DNA from: an uncultured virus (IMG/VR IMGVR_UViG_3300042940_002333)
Lineage: Duplodnaviria > Heunggongvirae > Uroviricota > Caudoviricetes
IMG/VR virus record: IMGVR_UViG_3300042940_002333
DNA: 64,000 bases
Reading direction: 5' to 3' (one strand)
How positions within the stretch are numbered: the stretch's first letter is position 1; each line of letters opens with the position of its first letter. Under the pieces are notes generated by a model that did not search any database, was not told the origin of the DNA, and worked only from the letters and a program-made list of their open reading frames with translations. Both the position numbers and the translations under genes were made by a program. Shown piece after piece: positions 37,842 through 47,885 of this stretch.

Positions 37842-40301
37842 ATGACTGAACCTACAAAAATTGATGATGTGTTAAGAAATTTTGGTATGACAAGGGAACT
37901 TTTGACAAAGAAGAACCCTGCCTACCAAGATGATTTTGTAAAGCTGGATAAGTATTACGAGAGGTATAGCGCCTCCCCATCAGATAGCGTTCTAAACGCT
38001 ACAAACAAAATTACTTTTATATTTTTGGATAAGCTCCAAAAAGAAAATCCAGAAATGTTTGAGGTAGCCGAAGAAGAGGACGCCGCAGTTGAAATTAAGG
38101 TGGATGATAAATTTACCAAGCACAAGGAAGACCTTCTTTTCTATATTGAAGAGCGTAACCAGGATGCTATGGAAGATCTGTTTAAGGAGGTTGGGGAAAA
38201 GAACGCCAAGCACCTTTTGACATTTGATAATTTCAAACCGTACAATAAAGCCATTACTGAAAAGAATACCCTGATAATCTATTACCTTATGGAGCAGGGT
38301 AAAAAGTATGGTATATTCAAGGAGGTTATTCTCGGAAGGGATGGAGAGCTTTTGAATAAATTGATTGCTACCAAAAATGTGGAAATTCTTAACGAGGCTT
38401 TCCAGGCTATAAAAGGTGACGAGAGAGCTGCAGAAATGTTCAAGAAGTATATGGTGGCTCAACAAATGGTTGAACTTGGGGATATAGAACTTGCGACTTT
38501 AGCCGAGGAGATACAAGGCGAAGAAGCAGAGGCGCCGGCAAGCACCCCAGAAACAAGTATCCCAGAAAAGAAACCTAAAAAGAAAGCCAGTGCTGTTGTT
38601 ACCGAGCAGGCCCCATTAAAAGATTTAGTTGAAAAAATAAATTCTGGCGCATTGGCTTTGGATATTCCTTTAGTGGTTAGGCTTGAGAAAAAGTTTGCCA
38701 TTCGGATCTTGGATACAGCCGAAGAGATTGCCAATGGAAGTTCGGACTATTACCGATTTATTGTTCCTACGGCAGTATCAAGATATTTTGACGCAAAGAT
38801 CCTTTTTACGGACAGCGACTATACTATTTATGAAGCCAAGAAAACCGACTTTGAAAGACAATTCGGAACAAGTGTTTATGAGCTTGGAATTTGCTGGTAC
38901 AACCTGATTAACCTTATATCTGTTGAGGATGTGCTTTGCTTGTTATATTTAGCGAACATATCTACGTCTTTAATGGTAGATAGAAACAATGTTAAGTTGC
39001 GTACCGAATACTTGGATAAACTCAGATTTGTGATTACCAATCCAGAAAGTAATAAGATTGACGGGAAGTTCTTTACTGTTAAAGAAGCTAATCTAATGAG
39101 TTTAAAAAGAAGTGGGTTTTTGGATGAAAACTACTGTCCAACAAAATTGTTATATTGTGCGATAGTACTACATTCTTTCCCTTTCCCTGCATACACGCAC
39201 CCATTTGAGTTCATTAAAATTAACGAGTTAAACTCAATGTTCCAGTTTAAAACATTGAAAGGCGAGTTCGGAAACGAGTCGTTTTTTACAGATGGCGACG
39301 TGCTGTTTCATAACTTCTCGGACCTTGGAGTTACAAATTACTCTACTGCACTTACCGACGTTTCTAGAACGACAATACTTAACTTGAAGAGTAACGGTAG
39401 GGCAGATATAACCAAGCAAAGTGCCGTAATTAACCACTTCATTCCGTTCATCTACACGGTTCCTAAATCGGGTGTTGTTATCCCGACGTTCAGTATAAAA
39501 ATGCTGGATACTGAGGGCAGAAGAATAAACTGGGGAGTTTACGAACTGCAGAATAATGACAAAAAGATCTTCGTTAATTCTTACGCTTTAAGTAACATTA
39601 TTATGAATACGAGCGAGGGCTTCTATTCAATTATGACATACGACGGAGTATTATCGGATACCATATTCGCTTCTCCAAAAGAGGGTGTAATTGTTAAAAA
39701 AGATAATTCTTATGTGGCTGTCCGTGGCATAAATGCTAATCAATTCCTGTCGGATAATTTCGGTAAGAACTGGGAAAAATACTACGATGAAATGTATTCA
39801 AAACAGCACCTAAGTAAAGAGGTTCTGAACAAGCTTGATCCCGATATGGTTAAGGCAATCTTCGAAAGTGAGAATGTTCTTATCGGTTCAACCGTTACTG
39901 GTCTTGAGTACAAATTGGAAAAGAAATACGAGCCAACCTTTCAAAAAGAAGCCGTTAAGCCACCACCACAGGTAAGGAAAATTATAGTGCCGGTTGCCAA
40001 AAAAGATGACCGAATTTATATCACTCCGACATATGCAAGGGAGAAGTTGGATAGGGTTTTAATACCGGTATTTGATAAGATTCAATCTCTCCGTGGCGAA
40101 CAGCGTGACGAGGCTATCTTGGACGAAATGTATGCAAAAGGCATCGATAGGGTGTTTCCAAAAGATCTCGTTTATATGGGATTTGGATTAAAAGAATGGA
40201 TTACCGACAAGCCAGAACGTATCAATTTTAAGAACAAATACAGACTTGTAATCCCGGTATTTTTAAGTTTCAAACCAACCTATTATCTTGAGAAGATATG
40301 A
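37842..40301 (+). CDS. large hypothetical protein with shared C-terminal domain
   Basis: 819 aa; C-terminal ILDEMY...DLVYMGF...YRL resembles the C-termini of 27707 and 29882. Confidence 0.75.
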   Translation: MTEPTKIDDVLRNFGMTRELLTKKNPAYQDDFVKLDKYYERYSASPSDSVLNATNKITFIFLDKLQKENPEMFEVAEEEDAAVEIKVDDKFTKHKEDLLFYIEERNQDAMEDLFKEVGEKNAKHLLTFDNFKPYNKAITEKNTLIIYYLMEQGKKYGIFKEVILGRDGELLNKLIATKNVEILNEAFQAIKGDERAAEMFKKYMVAQQMVELGDIELATLAEEIQGEEAEAPASTPETSIPEKKPKKKASAVVTEQAPLKDLVEKINSGALALDIPLVVRLEKKFAIRILDTAEEIANGSSDYYRFIVPTAVSRYFDAKILFTDSDYTIYEAKKTDFERQFGTSVYELGICWYNLINLISVEDVLCLLYLANISTSLMVDRNNVKLRTEYLDKLRFVITNPESNKIDGKFFTVKEANLMSLKRSGFLDENYCPTKLLYCAIVLHSFPFPAYTHPFEFIKINELNSMFQFKTLKGEFGNESFFTDGDVLFHNFSDLGVTNYSTALTDVSRTTILNLKSNGRADITKQSAVINHFIPFIYTVPKSGVVIPTFSIKMLDTEGRRINWGVYELQNNDKKIFVNSYALSNIIMNTSEGFYSIMTYDGVLSDTIFASPKEGVIVKKDNSYVAVRGINANQFLSDNFGKNWEKYYDEMYSKQHLSKEVLNKLDPDMVKAIFESENVLIGSTVTGLEYKLEKKYEPTFQKEAVKPPPQVRKIIVPVAKKDDRIYITPTYAREKLDRVLIPVFDKIQSLRGEQRDEAILDEMYAKGIDRVFPKDLVYMGFGLKEWITDKPERINFKNKYRLVIPVFLSFKPTYYLEKI

Positions 40302-40915
40302 GTGATCAATTAGACTATCACGCTAAAAAGCAAATCGAAATCCTGTCGTCAATTCAAGGGAATATGCACCGTGTAGACTTCCTGCAATATATGAGTTATT
40401 GCGTAAATAAATGGAAGCGCTTGGAGGTAGACATTGATATTATTGACTCGATTATGACCTCCATTTGTAAGCAATGGAACATATCAAAGAAAGAGCTTAT
40501 TGAGAACAAAAAGTTCGCAGAACCGAGATCTATGATGTATTATATCATCAAAAAGAACATTAAATTGTCTTACGGAGAAATCGGGGATATGTTCAGGATA
40601 AGTAAAAGCTACGTCAAAAAATCATACGACGATATAGCCTACGTTTTAGAAAACCCAACAATAAGCCAGCAAAAAACAATGGTTAATGACGTAAGGCTTA
40701 CTGGCAAAAACCAGCAGTTAATTATGACGGCAAGAGGTAATCCAGAAGATAAATCTGTTTTGAATGCCAGACGCGTTTTAATGATGCGAGGTATAAGCTG
40801 GGAGGATGAGATCCCGAAGGAAGAAAAGGATCTGGTTAGTATATTCCAGTGCATACAAACCGATCTTTCTGAAAAAAGCATAATAGCAGCAACAGGCGAG
40901 CACTTTCAGAATTAA
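40298..40915 (+). CDS. DnaA domain IV-like helix-turn-helix protein
   Basis: ICKQWNISKKEL...AEPRSMMYY...LSYGEIGDMFR resembles the DnaA C-terminal HTH. Confidence 0.65.
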   Translation: MSDQLDYHAKKQIEILSSIQGNMHRVDFLQYMSYCVNKWKRLEVDIDIIDSIMTSICKQWNISKKELIENKKFAEPRSMMYYIIKKNIKLSYGEIGDMFRISKSYVKKSYDDIAYVLENPTISQQKTMVNDVRLTGKNQQLIMTARGNPEDKSVLNARRVLMMRGISWEDEIPKEEKDLVSIFQCIQTDLSEKSIIAATGEHFQN

Positions 40916-40992
40916 CCTATTTTCCTAGAACAGACCAAGGCCTTACTACCCCATACAAATCTAATTATTTATTGAAATAATCAAGTTTCGAG

Positions 40993-41023
40993 TTTGGCAC
41001 ACAAAAAAAATCTGTATATTTGC
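40993..41023 (+). promoter_or_regulatory. Bacteroidota-type promoter for the packaging operon
   Basis: TTTG at 40993, TATATTTGC at 41015. Confidence 0.7.
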
Positions 41024-41077
41024 GAATAGGGAATAACATAAATGATATTTTAACCGAGAAAACAATATGTAAAGCCA

Positions 41078-41983
41078 ATGGAAAACACCGAGTATAGCCC
41101 GTTTGACGCACCTGTAAAGGAGCCGAAAACATTAAAAACAGAAACGTCAGGCGGCATAAAAATGGAGCCGATAACCGACGCTGAATTAGACGGAAAAAAG
41201 GCAGACGCCCCAAAAGATGCTCCGACTTTCGAGATACCTCAATTTGATGAAATACCTAATGCCGAATTTGGTAAGGGTGGATTTGGCGCAGGTGACCCTA
41301 TGGCGCCTGGTGCAGGTTCGAATAATGGAGCTGGTGGAAACTCTGGTGGAGGAAGCAATAAGGCTGAAAGCTCTACGGTAGATTCTGGCTTCGCAAAAGA
41401 GTTCTCTGAATACACCGCAAAATGGCTTGTGGATATTTTCTTCCGTTTATTAATTGCCGGCTTCCAACAATATGCCAAGATCGACAAGGTAGAAATTATC
41501 AAGGCTGTTGATGACGGGTATATAGATGCCAGATTTTTAAAGTTCGTGGACGAGGCTAATGATAATGTTGAGAAATCCATTAATGTTACCGACGACGAAA
41601 AGAAGTTCGTTATAGAACCCTTAAAGTATTTCCTTGAAGTTAAGAAAATCCAGCTTAAACCTGAGTGGATGTTTATTACAGGTTTATTAATGGTAGGTGG
41701 TGGAATGTTCATTAAAGCTATGGACATCAAAAACCAGAATAAGGCAATGCTCGACAAGATCATTAAAGAAAGTGCGGCTATTCGCGAGAATGAAAGAGTG
41801 AGCAAGAGTGAGTCTAATTATAAGAAAAGGAATACCGAACCGAACTTTGCTGAAAACATAGAAAATTTCGTTCCGCCGGTAAACACGAGTAGCAACAACT
41901 CAAACTTTACCTCTCCTAAAAGTTCTGGTGGGGTTGAGATAGTTGATGTGGAAGAATTAGACAATGATGACAATGCACAATAA
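41078..41983 (+). CDS. membrane protein upstream of the packaging ATPase
   Basis: Hydrophobic segments WLVDIFFRLLIAGF and PEWMFITGLLMVGGGMFI; contains ESNY. Confidence 0.75.
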   Translation: MENTEYSPFDAPVKEPKTLKTETSGGIKMEPITDAELDGKKADAPKDAPTFEIPQFDEIPNAEFGKGGFGAGDPMAPGAGSNNGAGGNSGGGSNKAESSTVDSGFAKEFSEYTAKWLVDIFFRLLIAGFQQYAKIDKVEIIKAVDDGYIDARFLKFVDEANDNVEKSINVTDDEKKFVIEPLKYFLEVKKIQLKPEWMFITGLLMVGGGMFIKAMDIKNQNKAMLDKIIKESAAIRENERVSKSESNYKKRNTEPNFAENIENFVPPVNTSSNNSNFTSPKSSGGVEIVDVEELDNDDNAQ

Positions 41984-42079
41984 AAATTATGGACTTGGAT
42001 ATTGACGTTATTAATTCGTCGATAGTTGTTAAAAAAGAAATCTTGGCTATAAAAGATAAAGAATTAGAAAAATTAACGT

Positions 42080-42613
42080 ATGACGCTAAAAGTAATAAAA
42101 GGAAAAAAAGAAACTGGATCAGGCGTATCCGACAAAGGTTTATTTATAATAGAAGCAATCAACAATAAAGATGAGGTTGGCTACATTGCAGAAGTCGGTG
42201 GTAAGATATCAGTTTCTCAAAAACTTATACCGCAGGTAGTAAGGTACACATCTTATAAAGAAGCCAAGCTGCAGGTAAACCATATTGAAAGTAACATACA
42301 AGGCTTGAAGCTTAAAATTCTGAGCCAAAAAAAGATTGAGGAAATTTTAGCCGATGATAAAAATTTGGACGTTGTTGTTCCTGTCGGAGAAGTAAAGGAG
42401 TCTTATATAGTTGGAGTGTTTGACAATACGACCCTTGAAACTATTGGATACTTATGTTATAACCCAGACAACAAGAGCTACTTTATGAAAAAGAGTAAAA
42501 ACGGCGTGGCATTCTGGGATAGTAAAGAAAACGTAGATAAATTTATTGAGGGAGGAACAAAGCTTATCGCTTCATACCCTAATCTTAAACTTACAGCAAT
42601 ATTATTAAAATAA
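42080..42613 (+). CDS. hypothetical protein
   Basis: 177 aa; appears to have two similar halves (EVGYI / TIGYL). Confidence 0.7.
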   Translation: MTLKVIKGKKETGSGVSDKGLFIIEAINNKDEVGYIAEVGGKISVSQKLIPQVVRYTSYKEAKLQVNHIESNIQGLKLKILSQKKIEEILADDKNLDVVVPVGEVKESYIVGVFDNTTLETIGYLCYNPDNKSYFMKKSKNGVAFWDSKENVDKFIEGGTKLIASYPNLKLTAILLK

Positions 42614-42614
42614 A

Positions 42615-43535
42615 ATGTCAGGAATAGATAGCTTATTCAATAGATCAGGACGGAGGAAGATTGCCTATGCTCCTAATGACCTTGAACGTCAGCCTTTACT
42701 TACTATTGTATGTGGTATGAAAGGTGTTGGTAAAACATACCAAGGTATAAAGGATATTGACCGATACGTTACTGATAACCCTAAAACAGGTAAAAAGGGT
42801 CGTAAGGCTTTAATTCTCGATTTTAATAACGAGGAGTCTTACCAAAAATATAAAGCTGTATTACCAAAATATATTAAAACACTTACCGAACCAAGAGCCA
42901 GACGTGTTCCTCCATTTGATGAGTATGGAAAACAATACGACCTGGATAAAATGAAATTGGTTGCAGAGTACACTATATTTAACTTCAAGAATGGATTACT
43001 TGTACTTGAGGATATTGATAAATATATGACCGGCGCAAAAGGTAAATCGCTAATTGGTGCAATGACTACCAACCGACATAGTGGTATGGATATTTTAATC
43101 ACACATCAGTCTGTTTCTAAGGTAACACAAACCGAATGGCAGAATGCCGCGTTTGTTCGCCTTCATCACCAGCTTGACGACGTTGATCGTATTGAAGATG
43201 CTTTGCCGAATTATCCTTTAATGAAAATCGCACAGATCCTTGTAGATAGAAGATATTACGAAGCAGTGCGTCAATATAAAGAAATGGGTACTATTTCTGA
43301 CGACGAGTTCCGTAAGCGTAGAAGTTTCTTTGTGTATATTGATATGATGGAACATAAGATCATTGGTGGTACAGTAGATGAGTTCCGTTCATCAGTAATG
43401 GAATTTATCCGACAAAATCCTCGCCTTATATCAAAACGTATGCGTGTAGGCGACGCAAAGGGTAAAACATTAAGTAAAGAAGATGCTATGAGGTCTTTAT
43501 TTCAAGACTACGCGCACTACTATGAAAAACGCTGA
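42615..43535 (+). CDS. FtsK/HerA-superfamily (A32-like) genome-packaging ATPase
   Basis: Walker A GMKGVGKT, Walker B LLVLEDID, arginine finger and Gln sensor in NRHSGMDILITHQS; located just upstream of the capsid candidate. Confidence 0.8.
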   Translation: MSGIDSLFNRSGRRKIAYAPNDLERQPLLTIVCGMKGVGKTYQGIKDIDRYVTDNPKTGKKGRKALILDFNNEESYQKYKAVLPKYIKTLTEPRARRVPPFDEYGKQYDLDKMKLVAEYTIFNFKNGLLVLEDIDKYMTGAKGKSLIGAMTTNRHSGMDILITHQSVSKVTQTEWQNAAFVRLHHQLDDVDRIEDALPNYPLMKIAQILVDRRYYEAVRQYKEMGTISDDEFRKRRSFFVYIDMMEHKIIGGTVDEFRSSVMEFIRQNPRLISKRMRVGDAKGKTLSKEDAMRSLFQDYAHYYEKR

Positions 43536-43585
43536 TTTTCCTATGAAAGCGTAGTTTATCAACAGCGTTATTAACAAGTAAATTT

Positions 43586-43657
43586 TTAGTGAACGGCAAT
43601 CGTTCTGTAAATTCATAACATTTTTGTTTGTAGAATAACAAATGTGATATACATTTG
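43586..43657 (+). promoter_or_regulatory. second operator copy plus Bacteroidota-type promoter of the capsid operon
   Basis: TTAGTGAAC-N7-GTTCTGTAA at 43586-43610; TTTG at 43627 and TACATTTG at 43650. Confidence 0.65.
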
Positions 43658-43692
43658 TCAATAAGAAATTCATTAACTAAAAAAAATTAAAA

Positions 43693-43821
43693 ATGACAAA
43701 CATCGACTGGAGAGCTTTTTGGACATCAATGGCAACTATCTTAGTAGCTTTGATTATTTACGCGATCATTATTGAACCGATTGTAAAGAAGTACAAAATT
43801 CAAGTTGTAAAAGAGTCTTAA
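43693..43821 (+). CDS. small membrane protein (42 aa, not in ORF track)
   Basis: MTNIDWRAFWTSMATILVALIIYAIIIEPIVKKYKIQVVKES after an A-rich leader, directly before the capsid candidate. Confidence 0.7.
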   Translation: MTNIDWRAFWTSMATILVALIIYAIIIEPIVKKYKIQVVKES

Positions 43822-43885
43822 AAATAAGTACGCTCAACAAACCTAAATAAATCAATTATTAACTAAAAAAAAAAGAACAAAAGAA

Positions 43886-44584
43886 ATGAATATGCAAGAT
43901 TTCTATTTCGAGTCAGCCGACTACTCAAATTATGATGGAGACGCGCTGAATGAATCTAACTATTTCGCACAAGGCGGAAATGAAGCAGCATTACAGAATG
44001 TTGTTGAACCGTTAGATCGTACATTAACTTTCCGCGTAACGAACGCGGGTCCAACAAATCCAGCTATTGCTATTTTGTTTGACGGAAACGTAAGTCCTTT
44101 AGTTCAACCTGCCGGTGTTACCGTAACTGTTGCTGAGACAGGTGGTGGTGCTGGATCTCACGATCAGGTACGCGTTGAAACTTTAGGTAACCCATTCGTT
44201 ATCCAAGGTCTTCGTTACTTCGTAGGTAACGCACAACAATTTGGTAACGCTTTAACCATTCAAAAGCGTTTCCCAACTGGTAAATTGATCCAGTACTTAT
44301 GGCAACCAGCTAACTATGTATCACCGACTAACCTTAACCCGTTAGTAATTGATGCTATCGATTTCGGTTTGGTTGTTGATGGACGTACACAGATCCAAGT
44401 ACCTGTTGATTTCACTGGTGCTCCGAACATCGTTACTTTAGTGTTCACATTGAAAGCTAAAACAAGTAACGCTCATATGTTGTTCGGTAAGAATCCAAAA
44501 GAGCTTGCAGTAGCGCCTCGCGTAGTAGGTAACCCAGTTGCCGACATCGCATTAGTGCGTTCACAAGGCAGACAAATTGGATAA
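43886..44584 (+). CDS. putative major capsid protein (single jelly-roll-like, 232 aa)
   Basis: Beta-strand-rich with no TM; codon use typical of high expression (CGT, GGT, AAC, TTC, ATC); strong A-rich leader; own terminator; next to the ATPase; acidic N-terminal arm with ESADY/SNYDG/ESNY. Confidence 0.6.
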   Translation: MNMQDFYFESADYSNYDGDALNESNYFAQGGNEAALQNVVEPLDRTLTFRVTNAGPTNPAIAILFDGNVSPLVQPAGVTVTVAETGGGAGSHDQVRVETLGNPFVIQGLRYFVGNAQQFGNALTIQKRFPTGKLIQYLWQPANYVSPTNLNPLVIDAIDFGLVVDGRTQIQVPVDFTGAPNIVTLVFTLKAKTSNAHMLFGKNPKELAVAPRVVGNPVADIALVRSQGRQIG

Positions 44585-44616
44585 TACCAAGCCACGCAAT
44601 TAAGCGACAGAAAACT

Positions 44617-44649
44617 AAAAGGCGGTCACATAAGATGGCCGCCTTTTTT
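44617..44649 (+). terminator. intrinsic terminator after the capsid candidate
   Basis: AAAAGGCGGTCA-loop-TGGCCGCCTTTTTT. Confidence 0.85.
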
Positions 44650-44674
44650 AATTTAATCACTAATCTGGTAGCAA

Positions 44675-45268
44675 ATGCAAAACTTCAATCATAATACACT
44701 AACAAACGGATTATCAGACGGCAGACTTGGCGTGCAGAGAGGGAGTGTTAAACAACTTGGCGAATCAAACTATTTGGTTTCTAACGACGGTGTTCAAACA
44801 ATGGAACTTCCTAGAAATATGTTGGGGCCAAAAAAACATCAGGGTGCAAGAAGCACACCTTTATTAATACCTCCTATTAAATATATAGTTTATAACAACC
44901 CACAAGTTGCTTATGACTTCCTTATAAGTAAAGGCTTAAATGTAGAGCCAAGTATCCCGTCAACCTATCAGTTCGCAAGAATTTTCGTTAAGGAAAACGG
45001 AGATCAGGGAATACTTGAATTTGTAGCCGCAGCTCACCCAGATAAAGAAACTATCGTTAAGGCTCTTGGTCTTGATAAAAAAGAATCGAATTTTGACGGA
45101 GATTCTGCGCCGACACAAACAACATCAGATAGATCAACTTCAGCAAGCCCGGCTAAAACACCAGTTACCGAAACTGCAGGTGAGTGGATAAAGCTTAATC
45201 AAAAGACAATTATTATTGTTTTAGCTGTGATCATATTCTTTTTATTAATAAACAGAGCAAGTAAGTAA
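44675..45268 (+). CDS. C-terminally anchored membrane protein (ESNY, ESNFDG)
   Basis: C-terminal TM followed by a basic tail. Confidence 0.8.
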   Translation: MQNFNHNTLTNGLSDGRLGVQRGSVKQLGESNYLVSNDGVQTMELPRNMLGPKKHQGARSTPLLIPPIKYIVYNNPQVAYDFLISKGLNVEPSIPSTYQFARIFVKENGDQGILEFVAAAHPDKETIVKALGLDKKESNFDGDSAPTQTTSDRSTSASPAKTPVTETAGEWIKLNQKTIIIVLAVIIFFLLINRASK

Positions 45269-45906
45269 TGATTTACATTGACGATTATAACTCAAAAGTT
45301 ATTAGCAACGGTCCTCCTAAAAAAGAGGACAAGGCAATGCTTGCCGATACAAAAAAACAAATGGATAGCAGACAACAAGCTATCTTTTGGTATTTAGCTG
45401 GGGTAACTATTGGTTATAATTACGAAGAGGTAAAAGTACTTCTTTCTAAATACGGATACGATGTATCAAACGAACAAGATGCCGCTACTGCAATAGCAGA
45501 AATGATCGGTACTCCGAAATGGACAAAGTTCCTTTTAGAGTTCGGTAATCTTATTGAAGAAAGCGTTGATGAAAGCGTATTTAATAAACTTGAAGATGGT
45601 GCCGAAGAAAGTAGCTTCGTTGCAGCTCTTATCGGTGCAATCGGAGCTATCGGAGGTTCCTCACTTGGACTTGCTAAATCATCAAAAGATAAAAAAGCAG
45701 CAGAAGTAAACGCGAAAGCTGCAATGTTCGCAGGTATAACAAATGTGTTAGCTGAGAAACAAAGAGTTGACGCAGAGAGAGAGAGAACACTTCGCGAAGA
45801 AAAGAAAAGTACAATCTGGATAGTTATTGCTGTTGTAGTTGTATTATTAGCAATTATTGGATTTGTAGTTTATAAAAGAATGAAAGCAAAAGCTATTGCT
45901 AATTAA
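45268..45906 (+). CDS. C-terminally anchored membrane protein (ESSF)
   Basis: ESSF followed by hydrophobic VAALIGAIGAIGG; C-terminal TM. Confidence 0.8.
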   Translation: MIYIDDYNSKVISNGPPKKEDKAMLADTKKQMDSRQQAIFWYLAGVTIGYNYEEVKVLLSKYGYDVSNEQDAATAIAEMIGTPKWTKFLLEFGNLIEESVDESVFNKLEDGAEESSFVAALIGAIGAIGGSSLGLAKSSKDKKAAEVNAKAAMFAGITNVLAEKQRVDAERERTLREEKKSTIWIVIAVVVVLLAIIGFVVYKRMKAKAIAN

Positions 45907-45950
45907 TGTAGTAGTAGTAAAATTGAATAAAAATAACTTAAAATACTAAA

Positions 45951-46478
45951 ATGAATAACGGAAACGGTTTTGTATATTCGGGACAAGAAGTACCAGGAAT
46001 GGGAAACAGCCCTTACAGTAATTTCAATCCTAGTAAATGGAATGAAGCAGATTTTATGAGTAATTTTGATGGTGGTGACGATGGACTAAACTATCGTTTC
46101 TTTGATCAGGATGAAAATGGATATACCGGTAATGATGTTGTAGAAGAAGCTGATTTCTTGGGAAATCTTTTTGCTTGCAGAAGACAATGTAAAGCTGACC
46201 AAGGTGGGTATCCAAGTTTAAGACAATGTATCCGTGCCTGTAAAGGTAAAGGACCAACAAGATCAGCTCTTAAAGGAAAAGAAGCTGACACTAACGCTCA
46301 AATGGCTGCCGCATTAACAGCACTGGCCTCTGACAAAGGTAACAATTCTGCAGCTAGAGAATCATCTGGTGGTAGTTCAAAAACAATCATTTGGGTAGTT
46401 GTAGGAATAGTAGCAGTAATTGCTATTGCACTATTAATTTATTTTTTAACCAGAAACAAAGCTGTGCCGGTTGCATAA
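45951..46478 (+). CDS. C-terminally anchored Cys-containing membrane protein
   Basis: SNF/EADF repeats; CRRQC...CIRAC; C-terminal TM. Confidence 0.8.
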   Translation: MNNGNGFVYSGQEVPGMGNSPYSNFNPSKWNEADFMSNFDGGDDGLNYRFFDQDENGYTGNDVVEEADFLGNLFACRRQCKADQGGYPSLRQCIRACKGKGPTRSALKGKEADTNAQMAAALTALASDKGNNSAARESSGGSSKTIIWVVVGIVAVIAIALLIYFLTRNKAVPVA

Positions 46479-46520
46479 ATTTAAAAAAACACAAAATATA
46501 AACCAAATAAATGTAAAGTT

Positions 46521-46700
46521 ATGAACGAAGAAAATCAAAAAACACCGAATGTCTATAAGACTTCGAAGACAACCTGGATACTAATTGGATTTATGGTTGT
46601 AATTTTAGGTGTTATCATTTTTATGATGACCAGAAAGAAAAAAGCAGAAGTTGGTGCAGACTTTGGTGGCGGTGAAGCGTCAGCTCCAGTTGCACCTTAA
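46521..46700 (+). CDS. small membrane protein (59 aa, not in ORF track)
   Basis: MNEENQKTPN...WILIGFMVVILGVIIFMMTRKKK. Confidence 0.7.
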   Translation: MNEENQKTPNVYKTSKTTWILIGFMVVILGVIIFMMTRKKKAEVGADFGGGEASAPVAP

Positions 46701-46711
46701 AAATAAGACAA

Positions 46712-47167
46712 ATGGCAAGAGGACTAACTGAACAAGAGAAGCAAAAAATAAAGGAGTCGGTAGTGGCTTCCTGCGTATCGAAAGGCATTAAGCCTACGGT
46801 AATGTCAGGTGGGCAAACTGTTGCTAATCCTATGTACACTTCTTGTGTTCAGTTAGGATATGCCGATGCCGTTAGAGAGGCAAGTAAAGGTAAGCTTGGT
46901 TTATGGTTTTCAAAGGTAAATTCTTTTGTTCAATCACAAGGAGGCTTAACCGGTATGTTCCAGAGCATTTCTTCTATTGCTAATCAATACAAGACTGGTA
47001 CTCCAGATCTTACTGATTCGCAAAGCACGGTGCCCAGCGATTATCCTGGCTACGTTTCAAGCAAGGAAAAAGGTGGAATGACTGGTTTATGGCTTATAAT
47101 TGTTATTTTATTGATTGTTCTTGTTATAGCATCAGTATTGTATTTTAATAAGAGCAAGAAAGCGTAA
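46712..47167 (+). CDS. C-terminally anchored membrane protein
   Basis: C-terminal TM followed by KSKKA. Confidence 0.8.
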   Translation: MARGLTEQEKQKIKESVVASCVSKGIKPTVMSGGQTVANPMYTSCVQLGYADAVREASKGKLGLWFSKVNSFVQSQGGLTGMFQSISSIANQYKTGTPDLTDSQSTVPSDYPGYVSSKEKGGMTGLWLIIVILLIVLVIASVLYFNKSKKA

Positions 47168-47310
47168 TGACAATAGAAAAAGAAGAGAGTAATAAACTGG
47201 AGAAGTATTTTACAACAAAGAAACTCTATATGAAGCTCGGACTATTGCTTCTTGGGGTTGTTATAGTTGTTTTTCTCTTTAAGAAAATGAAAGTTGAATA
47301 TGTTAGTTAG
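47167..47310 (+). CDS. small membrane protein (47 aa, not in ORF track)
   Basis: TAATG-coupled; LGLLLLGVVIVVFLFKK. Confidence 0.65.
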   Translation: MTIEKEESNKLEKYFTTKKLYMKLGLLLLGVVIVVFLFKKMKVEYVS

Positions 47311-47430
47311 TGGTCAAAAATAATTGATAACATATTTGATAGGTAACAAAAAAATGATTAAAATCGCACTAACAAAATTGATATAAAAATAAACCTAAAA
47401 ACAATAAATTTAACCTAAAAAACAAATAAA

Positions 47431-47880
47431 ATGAACCTGACAAAAAACCAAATCTACATTATCTCATCGGTAATAATTATCGCTGTGATTTATTTTATGT
47501 TCTTCCGTAAGAAGACTACATCATCAACAGCTAACAAAATGGCTATGCCTCCTGCTGGTACTCAAACTGATCCGAACCCAGGTGAGTCTGGATACTACGG
47601 AAGCCAGTTCGGTTGGAACGATGGTACAAACCCTCTTTACACTTCTTTTGATCAAGCAATGGGTTCTGTTGACGGTAATGAGTCAAACAGTGTTGCTGGT
47701 ATGATGGAAAGTAATTACAAAGCTAATGCTCTATACCCTAAATATACTAACAAAGCTGCTCCTTTACATAGCGATTACGCTGCAAACGATGTAAACGAAA
47801 GCAATTATAATATTAATCACCCTTGGACATTTCCACTGCCAGGTACAGACAACCCTTCTAAAAACTGGGAGACCAACTAA
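47431..47880 (+). CDS. N-anchored membrane protein with multiple ES[NG][YS] motifs
   Basis: TM, then ESGY, ESNS, ESNY, HSDY, ESNY. Confidence 0.8.
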   Translation: MNLTKNQIYIISSVIIIAVIYFMFFRKKTTSSTANKMAMPPAGTQTDPNPGESGYYGSQFGWNDGTNPLYTSFDQAMGSVDGNESNSVAGMMESNYKANALYPKYTNKAAPLHSDYAANDVNESNYNINHPWTFPLPGTDNPSKNWETN

Positions 47881-47885
47881 AAAAA

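Noticed and set aside
38190..38420. Ankyrin-like repeats in ORF 37842
   Set aside because: Only a vague helical resemblance, with no TPLH-type consensus.
41989..42168. 59 aa ORF MDLDIDVINSS...
   Set aside because: It overlaps 42080 by 89 nt and has no recognisable motif; possible but not supportable.
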